Source: Balanoglossus misakiensis (Eukaryota > Animalia > Hemichordata). Taken from it: a DNA stretch of 64,000 bases. Under the pieces are notes generated by a model that made no database searches, was not told the DNA's origin, and worked only from the letters and a program-made list of their open reading frames with translations. This document shows, piece by piece, positions 29,372-59,605 of the stretch. A program made the translations under genes and the position numbers. The DNA lies in contig CM082583.2 of assembly GCA_040954595.2 (NCBI GenBank), forward strand, positions 11,942,636 through 12,006,635, given 5' to 3'. Position 1 is the first letter of the stretch, and each line of letters opens with the position of its first letter.

Positions 29372-32300
29372 TTAATCTGATTTCTCTGGACGTCCACTAC
29401 CAAACATTTCACATTCCTTGAGGGCGTCTTCATCTTGCTCGATCAAACTGTCTTCATCCTCTCTGGAGTGCTTTGGTCTGTGCAGATAGATACATTAAAC
29501 AAAATGGACATGGTACACACATTGTCTTTTAATGGTACAGTATATAGTATTCTTTCGAGGGAGAATGCTATTGTCACACTCAGTATGATGACAATTATGA
29601 AGATGAAAGACTGGTGGATGTGCCTACCTCAGCGCTATCACCAGCAATGACGGATCAACCTTCTTGATCAGGGATGGATCGAGACACCTAGCAACCTCGC
29701 TGACCACAACGCCAACAATCAGCGCAGTTGAGAAATTCACTGTTGCGTACAACATGAAGGATGTCTGATGATAGAAGACAATTTACAGTGATAAGAAATT
29801 GTTAACTGTTGTCCAAAAATTCCCGAAATTTCATACGTGGACTCCTGTCCCCAGAGAATGCTTATCCAGTCATGAACATGAGTTTGTTTATACATATGAA
29901 CTCGTTTTAATATAAAATACCTGCTGAATCTGGAATGGTTCAACGCCGAGTTGTTCTTCAATGATTGGCCCGGAACTGATGAAAACCCCTAAACCGAAAC
30001 CAGCGACCAAACCAATGAATGCGCCCCTATGGGTTTTAAAGTGCGTAAGATAAAGCAATTAGGTAAATATAGGAGAGTGTGCATCGACAATCTCACAAGT
30101 CGACACAATCGATGCATTAGGGTACATACAACGTCGACAAAAACTTCTCCGTCGCCCGAGAGGTCTGCGGTATTCATTTCGGGGCGAGCTACCGACAACG
30201 TGCCCGAAAAGCATCGTTTTATGGTGGAATATCGCGAAAAATACTCGCCATGAGTTAGTCCTCGGTAAGAACATGCCCATGATAAAGACTGCCAGAATAG
30301 GACCACCAAAGACTCCGGTCAAGATGCTTGAAATTGCGACGAAGGATCCGAGGAATGGTACAAGAAATCCAACCAACGTGGACAACACACCAAAGACAAG
30401 ATCTGCAAATAATAATTGAGTCATTGTTGAAATTGATGACGGTATCGAATATTTTCTTTTAGTTTTACACCATAAGGAGCTCTTCCTCCTTGTTTGTAGT
30501 CCGTATGTCTGTTATTGATCGATATAATAAACAAAAATGTTTGTTGTTTTTATTAATTGATATTAAACAAAAATACTCACTCATGATTTTAGCCATTTTT
30601 GTATCCCAAGCATCGTTCTCTCTCCTCTTGATTTTCGTCCTTTCTGACCTCCATTGTCTCCATGGTTTTATGATGTCCTGCAGGATGCATGCTACTATGG
30701 CATTCAGTCCTGATGAAATGGTACTGCATCAAATAATTAAGATCCAAGATCTAAGATCTTATACTAAGCAGTAGATAAAAAAGCTTCAGCTGACGAAATT
30801 TAATCCGTTATTCGTTTTCAGATGTGTGCCAACGTTCAAAGGAAAGATGCTACTAGTAACAATGACAAGACGATTAACGTTATAAAAATTCCCGAACAAC
30901 TGACTTACCTGAGCGCTCCAGCAAAGAGACACGCGACAAATAAACCTTGCATTCCAGGAATTTGCCCGAACTGAGAACTGACGAAATACATCAGAATCTA
31001 TCCGGTGTGCAAATACAAATAATGATATCATTTGCAAACGCCCCTTTCACTTCGACTAAATAATATATAGAATAAAGATTTTTTTATACTTATTTGCATT
31101 TCAAAGCTATTGTTACGTGCTTAGTCTAGTTGGCAAAACATTATAGCAAAGTTATATCATTACCTGATCACCTGTGGAGTAATTTGGTTCGTATCGGATA
31201 GCTTCTCCACTATCTGTTACGTTTAATATTGATTGGGAGATAGGAAACGACTATTTGTATACTTGTAACACAATTCTTTCAAATCACTCAAATGCAGCAT
31301 TCACTTCCAATTTTACAAATTTCACGGATTGCGCACATGCTTAAAGAGCATGCAAACATTAACCTGCCACATCAAACAGATTCTTCATTAAGTAGCGTAC
31401 AGAAAATACTTTGACTTACCTGACGCCAGTGGTGGGAATGTAGAATTGATAGCGGGCATTAATGAGGTCTGTTTATCTGATAGATGAGGTGGATGAATAT
31501 AAAAAGCTAATATTATTATCGCTTTTTACCGCGGGTTACATTTAGCTATAGAAGAGTTCCCGAAAAAAAAGGGTGTAGTACAAACGTTTCTATCTAGTAA
31601 CTTAGTAACTTACTGTTATAGAATGCGTAGAGAACCAGTCCGTTGAAGAAAATTATGGGAAATATCACCAAATAGAAGGGTATGTTGAGTAGTAAAGAAC
31701 TGAAATGAGAATATGTCAGTTCAATGAGTATCCCACTTATTGAGTTGCGCTTTTTAGAAAACAAAGAAATTTGGTACAGTCAGGGACCACCGTTCTGTCA
31801 CAGACAGACAGACAGACAGACAGGCACGCATGGACATCGATACGAATGCTCTTGCGTGTTTACCAAGTGATCTAACTTTGAACGAATAAAGACAAGAATA
31901 TTGCCTTACCCTCTAGCATGGCTCAGTGATTTTGCTGCCAGGAAGCGTTGGACGGCCGATTGCAATACCGTTACGCCCATGTTCGCAATCCCCATACCCA
32001 TCAGACCCCAAAACGACACACGATGGGTCGGATCAAAAGTGAAGCTGGCAAAACAGGAAATGTTCAATTTGTTTGTGACCATGTGGAACAATCAGATATA
32101 GACCGAAGAGGCTCACGCTTACTTGCTTTGATAGAACCAAATTGTTTTAATGTACTACAATACATGTAAATCGTGATGAAACACATAACTTAGTGATTAT
32201 TTACAGTGATGCAAAAGATTATTATCCTAGGCTTACTCAACCAGTTTCAGTCTGTCGTCCACATCATTGTATTTCCAGACATTTTCTAGTCCTCCAACTA

Positions 32301-33884
32301 CACTTGTTCCCAAGATGGCTACTGCCAACACCGAGCCAAATATTACGAGGAACTGGAAAACGTCCGCCCATATGACTGCTTTCATCCCACCCTACGTAGA
32401 AGAATATGTGTGTAAATGTACAAATTAAAGGCCTCTTCGAACGCCCCACAGAAAGAACGAGAACAGAGTTTTAGAAGATCGAAAATTACCTTAGCACAAC
32501 GGTAGGCTCAAATTTTACTGATCGCGTGGATTATTCGAATGACACTTTCAATTTTATGATGAGCGATCCATTTATCTCAATTATATTGTTTAAAAAATGC
32601 GACAGTTTTCCGGACTTCTTTCACCGACTTCAAAGGGAAATGTTATGTATAACGTGATCTGCCATGGTGCTGCTTAAAAAACTTACCAAGGTCGTGTAGA
32701 ATGTAGCAACAGTTCCAGTTATAAGGACAGTTTTCCACATTTCAAAACCTTGAACTATGAGACAAAAATAACTGTAACGGTAACATCCAGAAAGGGACAA
32801 CGCCTTTACAGAAAAAGGGGCCTTGTTGCATTGACACTGGCCATAGTTAATAGAGGGACTCGATAAAATTACAAGTTGACAGATTAAAAGCGGTCATGCA
32901 CACAAACTCAACCAATGGATCCTGTGATTGTGTTACCTACAATTCTGGTCTCTACGACACAATGCTGATGATTGACTCGACTTACCTGCTTCGATGGCTA
33001 GAGCAGGCCCTACCATGGTGGTTGCCATGTACAACAGCGTTTGCAATATGAAGATGATGGTGCACGTAACGCGCAAACTGAGATGGTAACGCAAACCCAT
33101 ATACTGTAACGGTGAAAAGTATTACCCTTTTTAGAAAGGTGAAAGGTTTGGACTACAATTCAATTAATTTGGACTAAAATTTTTCACGGTTCTAGCTTAC
33201 AAAGAGTAGGATGAGAACGCTCTGCTTTCCCTTTGATTGTTTTAAACATTCATTGATAAACATTATATACATTGTATTCTAATATTCTAACTTTTGAGTA
33301 GTCAACGATACCCTAAGGCAAATAACTGACCTCGTAGACACTGGTTATGTCAATGCTTCGAAAAACAGGAATGAAGAAATACGCTGAAAACGCATATGCC
33401 CACACGTAGTTGATGACGTAGAAAGCATATTGTATTCCATGGAGGAACATTTCGGCAGGAAATCCCATCACCGCAATTGATGACGTGAAGGTGACGAACA
33501 TGGACATAGCAATGGGAATACATCCTAGGCTGCGATTTGCAACTAAAAATCTGCAACAGGACACATGAGAAATTACAGGAAATTCAGAAAATGACTGCCT
33601 TCATACTTCTGGAAATTCGTACTTCTAGAGCAGAAATTTGCGTAGGGCATAAAGTGTACCAACCATAGGACCCTGAGCAGTACGTTTAAGTTATTTTGTC
33701 AGCTTAAACCTGAGGTCAGATACGGAAGGGAATATTTCAGTGCGGGGTCTTACTGTGAAGTTGACTGCTGTCCACCTCCTGCTAAACAGTGGTATATCCC
33801 AGTTGAAGCTGAAATGGCAAGCATTGCTGAGAAGACGACATAGTCTACTGTCCCGAAAGGGATGACATCTGTGGAGTCAGACAT
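29372..33884 (-). CDS. SLC5 sodium:solute symporter of the SMCT/SMVT/NIS subfamily (SLC5A5/6/8/12-like), 584 aa
   Basis: 15 exons: 33754-33884, 33331-33550, 32986-33103, 32687-32754, 32237-32391, 31910-32044, 31614-31699, 31420-31476, 31164-31213, 30909-30997, 30581-30723, 30249-30402, 29921-30026, 29628-29764, 29372-29477 (sum 1755 nt, open frame). Family motifs: [100 protein letters not shown]. One intron is GC-AG. The exact paralogue cannot be assigned. Confidence 0.92.
31801..31823 (+). repeat. (CAGA)n microsatellite
   Basis: cagacagacagacagacagacag, inside an SLC5 intron. Confidence 0.8.
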
Positions 33885-36107
33885 CTTAACCTGAAACAAA
33901 AAGTTTTAATGTCACCTTCCAAATTACTTACATCGTCGATTACATCTCTGTTCACTTACTATGTTACGCACATTCACAGGAAGATGCGCCAAGCAATTAC
34001 AGAGAAAGCATGGGAAGAAAGATTCCTTAATACTGGCGAGCAAAACATCAGGGCTGTGCCTGGGTCGCAAACTCACTATTGTCCGACAAAAGGTCCTGTG
34101 TCCTGGCCACCAAACCACAAGGTTTTATCGCCCCCGTGCATAAGTGACGTTCGACCAATATAATAACTACAGGATTGGCTGAACTGTACGTTACTTCCAG
34201 ATTCTCCGAGTTTGCTGAAGTTTTAAAGCTGACTGACCTTTACAGGGGACTCATTTGTGCTATTAAAACTTAACACATTGGACAAATAGAAAACTTATAA
34301 GAACACTACCTGCAAAAAAACTCACCCCACTGGTTCCCTGTGGCGTTAACCCGATTGTGTGTTTGAAATAAAAAAAAATATGCTCTTGTGGTGCTTAGGT
34401 TATCTAATCTGAAAAAAATAACCTTATCAAACTTCAGATTAAGAAGACAATGGTACAGTCCATGTTACTCTCAGTGATTCATTGCATTTTGTAACCACCA
34501 TAAATTTTCACTTTGTGTTATGTGCGCATTAATTTGTTTATTTGACGCAAGTAGAAAATCTAGGGTCTCGATCGGGAAAGTCAAAGTGCTGATTAGTCAC
34601 GAGCCAGGTCCCCAAATATTTGCCCTGGAAGGAATTCAACGTCGACCGGGCAATAAAATTAGAAATCTCAGTCGTGGGATCCAGCACTTTTGAATACAAA
34701 GTTGTGTGACGTTTCAAGGACACCTGTCCAATAGCGTGGCAGGTTCGACACAAAATAATCAACTGCAGTCAGTAACTGTTGAACTATTGAACTGAAAAAA
34801 ATGTGAGAAGTCAGATGCTCTAAACTACAAGTGAATTATACCAATTACATGGACGACCTTGCCATTCACACATAAAATTATTTGCTACGTGTTTACCAAA
34901 CGGTCTTTTATCCAAGTGATCACGACTGCAGAAACAAGTGACTGAAGTACGCCACCAAGCAAAATAAACGCCAAATCGGAGAACTTTCGTTTGTCTTGGC
35001 TTGCACTGCAATTTCTCAGGAATGATTGATTCTCCATACTCGGGGCATTCACTCCTGTTTTCTTTGCTTTTTTGCTATGTCAGTTGATCACAAAAGCTTG
35101 ATAACTCTTGTTGACCTAGAGAAACGACAGACACCTAAAAGGGTGTCGATGGAGAAACATTTCAGTCAGCTTTAAAGAAAAAAATCTTTATTGAACCTGT
35201 GAACTCTATAAAATAATGTTAATACTCTATAATATACAAACTTTATGGAAGACAAGAGATATTACATAGACTGAACCTATTTATATTGTAAATTGTGAAA
35301 TAACTTTCATTCCTGTTTGCAAGTAACAAAAATGATACAATCACCAGTGAGATGTATTAAATATTTTGATTGTTAAAAGTATTCATAGTACTGTCAATCT
35401 TATGGTATACCGGTACTCTCTAGCTACAGGCCCCAAATCTTATGCACCCATCAAAATAGTTAAAACATTCAGTAGATTTAATCACAAAAGGGAATTTACA
35501 TTTTGACAAATAAAAGAAACCTCCCAAGAAGAATCACTTGTGAAAAATGAAAATTGGGTGAAGTATTAAAACTTGGAAGAACATCAGTTTGACCCAATAA
35601 ATATTCTTATATGCAACATTAGTGAGACTTTATAATACTGACAGTGACATTTTACCCTTTTTCCATAAAAAAAATCAATAAAACAAATGTGATTGCTGTC
35701 TAATGTCCATTTGAAAGAAAATGACTTTTTTCCACTGAAACTGGGAAGAAAATACAAAGAGTAAAGCATTCCGGAAAAAAGTTAAATACTTCATGAAACT
35801 TATAATACATCATAAAAATTCATAAAAAATAAAATTTCTACAAATTTAACCAATAATTTACAATTTTAACTAAATTCGAGTTACCACTGGTTTGAGTTAT
35901 ACAAAATATACATTTGCAAACGGATTATCGTTCGCAAAAATTTACAGTATTCAGACATGAAACAAGAAAGGGATTATCAGTGTGGGCAAGAACTTGAAGA
36001 AGCCTCAATGAGACTTTTATCTATATAATAAACATGTGATATAGCTGTGAAAAACAGCCAAATGTGAGATGGAACAGTTTTCAGATGAAACTTGACAATA
36101 CCCAGGT

Positions 36108-38174
36108 CTATATAAGAACCACCATTTTCTTGATGTCTTTGATTTCTTTGGTGAAATGGTCGGCCATAACTTGTCTCTTGCTGTCCAGGATCTCTTTGGT
36201 GCTGCTGATGCTGTCATGGACACTGGCGAATCCTCGTCGGTTTTCCAGTCTCATCTTCTCCATCTCCTCGTGGATTTTGTTGTCCATGTAGGCCTGCTTG
36301 GCTTCGAATTTCCTCTCCCAGTCCTGCCGTAGCTCTATTTCAAACTTCTTGTGATTCTCTCTGTCCCTTTTCAGTGCGTCTTCCAACATGTCCATCCTCT
36401 TCTCCAACCTCCTTATTCTTTCCATTACTCTGTCCTCAAACTGGTTCTGTTGGGTGCAAAGCAAGTCAATGAAGGTCTTTGATTAGATTATGATATTACA
36501 ACATACATGTACTTGTTTGCTCGAAAATATATGTGTGGCCTCTCTTGCGCAAAGCACACAAATCCTTCCAATAAACCCTTCCAACCCCCATTTCCCTGTA
36601 AACAGGTCCAATTATACCCTAGAAAACAATGCATTTGGACCAAACCAAGGTGGTGGTAGGGTTAAACTTCACCTGTTTGGCATCTCTCACTGACTGAAGC
36701 ATTTCCAGTTGATGCACAAATTGTTTGGCTAATTTTTCTCTCTCAATATCGCTGTGGGTTTTGCTTGCTTCAAGTGTAGATCTCAGATCTTCGATGTAGC
36801 CCCTGGTTTTGCTGTCCAGTTTGGCCACGGCTGTGCTGGACTCTCCCTCCACACTTCTGATCTTTATGGTTTGGTCAACAGACGTCTTGTCAACTCTCTC
36901 TGTTACTTGGGCAATCTACACAAAAAAGGGTGTACACTCAAATTAATGAAATTTCAACGACAAGGTGTATTTTATTCACAGGATGTCACAGATGACATTA
37001 GATACCATCTCCAATCCATGTCTCATATTTTTTCAGGCTTAAACATAGCAATCTCTTTTGCTTGGATACCCTTATCCATTTTATGAACTGCTGTTGTTGG
37101 TTGTCAAGAAGTTGAACGAAAAATTCCTGAGTGGACAGGCCCTTTTAGGTACGCCAGAATATTGATGGCTTTATAGTGGATTATTGGTCTCCTAGAAGCT
37201 TGGTTACAGTATTACAAATTCTTGGCAGTTGAACCAGTTACCGAGCATCTGTAAGCATATACATGTATGTTAAAACTTCTGCATCCATGAAGTAACAACT
37301 GTCCCTCTTGGCGGCACTGTGAAATAAAAGTATTTCAGCTAGCTGAAGGGAAAGATGGCTATCACAATATTTTGATGGGGATTAAGCGAACCCTCTCATT
37401 CCCAGCTCCCTCTGTAGTGGTCCAACTTTGCCATTAAAAAGAACAGATTTGGACCAAACCACGGAGGTGAGAGGGGTTAATGCTAGCTACCCACCTTGCT
37501 GTCCAATCTCCTGATAGCAGTAAGCACCAATGAATTATTATCCTGCAGTTGTCTGTTCAACACACCGATTGATTCGTACACTGTACGGAGATCTGCTGAT
37601 AGTCTTGCAATGGAAGCGTCGCAACGCGCGACACGTCCACGTAAATCCACCACACTGCCCACGTGATGAAGTTCCAAATTTTTAACGGCGCTTTGGGTGT
37701 TACTGCCAGAGCTGTCCCGACTATGAAGTTGATCCTCAAGTATCTGAAAGTTTAACAAAATGCCATTTTTCCAGTTAGCAATTTCCTGAGGGAATTCAGC
37801 TTGTGCATATCAATGTCTCAGTTTTGCACACTACTATGATCATTTATAAATAAAATTTATAGAAATGAACAGAGTTAGAGCTCTATATCTGAAATAATTA
37901 TTACCTCAATTTCCCTACTGAGCCTTTTTACCACCAGAGTAATTGTTCTGATGTGTTCTTGCAGTAGATCCCTTGCCTGTTTTTCACCCTGCCATGTGCC
38001 GTGTGTTAAATTCAAAGAATCGACAATGTCTTCCTTTATTTTGAAAGCCCTGTCAATTAAAGCACTTGTAGTTTTTTCCTGGTGTAAGAGTCTGTCCTCA
38101 ATGATGTCAAGACGTCGACTGGGAGGTCTGTCGTAAGCATCATACCCAGGATGTCTTGGTGAAACCCCAGCCAT
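36108..38174 (-). CDS. FAM81A: FAM81 family coiled-coil protein (FAM81A/B homologue), 366 aa
   Basis: Exons 37905-38174, 37495-37743, 36673-36915, 36108-36446, all phase 0 and GT-AG. Hallmark segments IEDRLLHQEKTTSALIDRAFKIKEDIV, LQEHIRTIT, DLRGRVARCDASIARLSAD and RGFASVHDSI resemble vertebrate FAM81A as recalled. A UTR exon donor is at 38605, its acceptor at 38202, and a minus-strand AATAAA is at 35187-35192. Confidence 0.9.
36576..36661 (+). mobile_element. About 86-bp piggyBac-like MITE, copy 2 (FAM81 intron)
   Basis: CCC...GGG-TTAA termini. The internal CCCTGTAAACAGGTCCAA...ATTTGGACCAAACCA.GG.GGTG is shared with the other copies. Confidence 0.72.
37391..37476 (+). mobile_element. About 86-bp piggyBac-like MITE, copy 3 (FAM81 intron)
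   Basis: CCCTCTCA...TGAGAGGGG-TTAA. The internal GGTCCAA...ATTTGGACCAAACCACGGAGGTG is shared with copy 2. Confidence 0.72.
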
Positions 38175-38604
38175 TGCGGTAAAATATCACTGGACAAAAA
38201 TCCTGTGAAATAAAGACATGTAAGGCCAAACAATCTACTTCCGACATGCATCATTAAGTGATTTGATTAAACATAAGTTGCCGTTCCTTGGAGATCTGAA
38301 GATTGTTGTGAAAAGAAATATCGGCCGGCGTGGATAATAATCGTCGTTTTGGCAAGTTAATCTGCGAATAAATTTCACATTCACTGCCTAGAAATCGAAT
38401 TTTATAAATGGTCATAGTTATTGCAGATTATACGGAAATATCGACCACACGTGAACAAATCACGGCACTGCAATCAATATATGTACGAACTCCCACATCA
38501 CAGTAGTGGTACAGTAGCGTGATTTACATGCATTATACGTAATTGACAAGCATTCCCCTCAAGTATTTTAGTGTGATACACACGACAAACACGCCTGTAC
38601 TTAC

Positions 38605-38864
38605 CTTTACATAAAGCATTCAAATCAGTGTGAAAGCACCGTTCTTTAAATCGTGCTTGGCAACTCGATCACGGTGTCAACAAAACACAGTACGCCATTT
38701 TGAATGCTTAGTGTACTGATTAATCACGTGATACAAAGGTCGCTCCTCCCAGGGTCAGAGGTCACCGGAGGACACTTACCAAAATGGCGGGTGTTTCAAC
38801 ATTGTCTGTGGCTCAATCGATGAGGAAATAGTAAACGCCACTTTCTAAGACTAAGTCAACAATC
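38605..38864. promoter_or_regulatory. Bidirectional promoter shared by FAM81 and RAD1
   Basis: Only 260 bp separate the FAM81 first-exon donor (38605) and the RAD1 ATG (38865). The interval holds inverted YY1-type motifs (38693-38702, 38780-38790), an E-box TCACGTGA (38724-38731) and a DR1 GGGTCAgAGGTCA (38752-38764). Confidence 0.7.
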
Positions 38865-40622
38865 ATGTCGCTGTCAACTCAGCAAGGAGACGAAGATGAC
38901 CAGTACATTCTGGTCGCCAAAATGGACAATGCTAAAAATATGTCGAACATTTTGAAAGCTATCCATTTCAAAGAGGTATGCTGGAATCCCATTTACTCAC
39001 ATTTGCCGTGTAACCATAGAAACGTATTGTGCTATACTACTACCAGACATGACGATGTAAACCTTGATGTAACATTTCTAACCATGGCTTTCTGTTTGCC
39101 TCCGCAATGCCTCACAACTACGGTAATGGGCTAGATGGCCACAGTGTTTGCAACAAGCAATGGTTTTAAAGTGACAGTTGAAGATGCCAAGTGTGTCCAA
39201 GCCAATGCATTCCTACAGGCTGGAATATTTCAAGAGTTCATCCTGCGAGAAGAGTCAGCAACATTTAAAATTGATTTAACAGTCTTACTTGTAAGTACCA
39301 TTGTTTGGTAGAAAGTTTTTTTCATTGTCTTGGTCTACTCCCAGAAGTGTATTGAACAATTCAGTCAGTGCTGGGACAACTGAGCTAATCTTTTTTCCAT
39401 CAATTTCAGGAATGCTTGAACATATTTGGCACCAGTTACATACCAGGAGTAACAACTGCATTAAAGATGTGCTATGCAGGTTACGGATCACCTCTTGTAC
39501 TTTGGTAAGGAACTTCTCATCAGACATCGACGTCACTAATTGAATGAGTCAGTCACTATGATATCTATTGTAACTGTCTAGTGAAACTACTGTGTGGATC
39601 TGTTCTAGGTTGGAAGAGGGTGGTGTGTTGACTGATTGCACAATCAAGACTCTGGAACCAGACGAAGTTTTGGACTTCAATTTTTCCAGTGCCAACGTCA
39701 TCAACAAAATCATAATGAAGGTAACCTTGCATTCTTTTAACATGTACACCACTGATATATGTACATTTCCACAGCTGTCATGGTTCTCCATTTTGTGAAA
39801 CTGATCATTCATTTAAACCTTCTGTTTTATTCAGTCTGAGTGTTTAAAGGAAGCGTTTGCTGAACTGGACATGACAAGTGAAGTTCTACAGATCTTGATG
39901 TCACCTGACAAACCTCATCTGAGATTATCAACTTTTGGAAATGCTGGAAGTACACATGTAAGTCTGTCACAAAAGTCACATTCTAGCCGAGATAGAAGTA
40001 TTGATTAATATACATCATCATATGCTTGATCATTATCTTGTCAATTTCTTCCTACAGGCTGACTATCCCAAAGATTCAGATATGGTAGAATCTTTTCAGT
40101 GTACACAGACACAAACCAACAGGTAATGTACCACTGGAAATAAACAGTTAGAGTGACCATATATGCTTACATACACCAGTGTGGTTAATTTAACAGGAAC
40201 TTCTTATGAGATGGAGGGAAATTTAAAACAGAAAAAAGATTTCTCATATGATCCATCTCCTCAATATTGCAGGTACAAACTCACTCTGTTAAAGCCGACA
40301 CAGAAAGCATTGGCCCTGTCTAATAAGATATCAATCCGTACAGACTTCAGAGGGTTCTTGTCTCTGCAGTATATGATCCGCACCGAAGATGGACAGGTTT
40401 GCTTTGTGGAGTACTACGTAAGTATTGAGAAATCTGGCCACAGTATCCTCACACAGAGTAATGATGCATTAATTGTGATGTGCATAGTGTTTTTACTGTC
40501 TGAAAAGTTTAGGAAATTCCCTTGACTTGCTTCAGTTTGACTATACCTATATTCCAACAATCTTTTTGCAGTGTTCACCCGATGAAGAATTGGATGATAA
40601 CGATGATGATGGCAACAGATAA
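38865..40622 (+). CDS. RAD1: Cell-cycle checkpoint protein RAD1 (9-1-1 clamp subunit), 285 aa
   Basis: Exons 38865-38975, 39135-39290, 39410-39504, 39609-39720, 39835-39957, 40058-40122, 40273-40417, 40572-40622 (858 nt, open). Motifs: NILKAIHF, KVTVEDAKCVQANAFLQAGIFQEF, LEEGGVLTDC, EAFAELDMTSEVLQI, LSTFGNAGS, DYPKDSD, ISIRTDFRGFLSLQYMIRTEDGQVCFVEYYCSPDEE. AATAAA at 40899-40904. Confidence 0.96.
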
Positions 40623-41484
40623 CAGTGTTTGGATCCTGCTGTGCGCCATGAGTAACTAAAACTCAGGATATGAATGAATCACAAGTTCCTTTTTTTCATA
40701 AGTTTTTATTTAATGTAAATACTTTTGTCAAGAAAAAAATATTTGTGGATACTTTGCAAAGTTATTGCCGTAAATGCATACTTTTTTTTACTTGGCTGAA
40801 GCGCAGAGTAAAGGAGTGCACTGTGTTTTCAGATTTTAGTTTGCCTGTAAATTTGCTGTGTGTTGCTGGTATACAGTGGATCTAATTTTGATTTATGAAA
40901 TAAAGATATTTTATTGTACTGCGTTTATTCTGAAGCCGATGTTTACAATGGGATGGTCTATGTGTGTTTTTTTCGCCACATTTAGCATATTTTAATGGAC
41001 ATTTCTGAACAATCAAGATGCGTTCGCGATTGCGAGATGAAATAAAAACAAAAGATTTAGAAATCAAGTCAATAGGTGGCGCAATGATTTTCAAACATAG
41101 TGGGGACACATCGCTTGTTCTCAGCTTGGACAGAAAGTTAAAAGTACGTAATATCATATGGGCGGAGACTATAAAATAGTATAATGATCTAAATTGATAA
41201 CCGTCGCCTTTCCAGGTGTTTTTGAACGCTGCCTAGAGTAGAGGGCTAAAGTGTGTGACCTGGGTTGGACTCTGTAACAGATGATGTCATTTTTACCCAT
41301 AGTCCTTTTCGCCCGCCAGAAGTTCGTTTGAATGAAAGCGCCATTGCCGTGTGTGTTGCTGTGTCCGTGGAAAGTGACGGAGAGTAGGAAATTGTTTACC
41401 GAAGAAGTTTCCAGGAACTTACGGATTCTGCTGTGATCACCTGATCACAGCCGCGCATGACCTGACCGGGTCTACGTTTTGAAC

Positions 41485-59605
<18,121 letters not shown>

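Noticed and set aside
29372-33884. SLC5 gene as a pseudogene because of the apparent frame break at about 30245
   Set aside because: A GC-AG intron resolves the break, and all 15 exons then join into an open 584-aa frame.
38976-39134. RAD1 intron 1 has a weak polypyrimidine tract and a GTATGC donor, so a U12-type intron was considered
   Set aside because: The donor does not match GTATCCTT, and no U12 branch motif lies near the acceptor.
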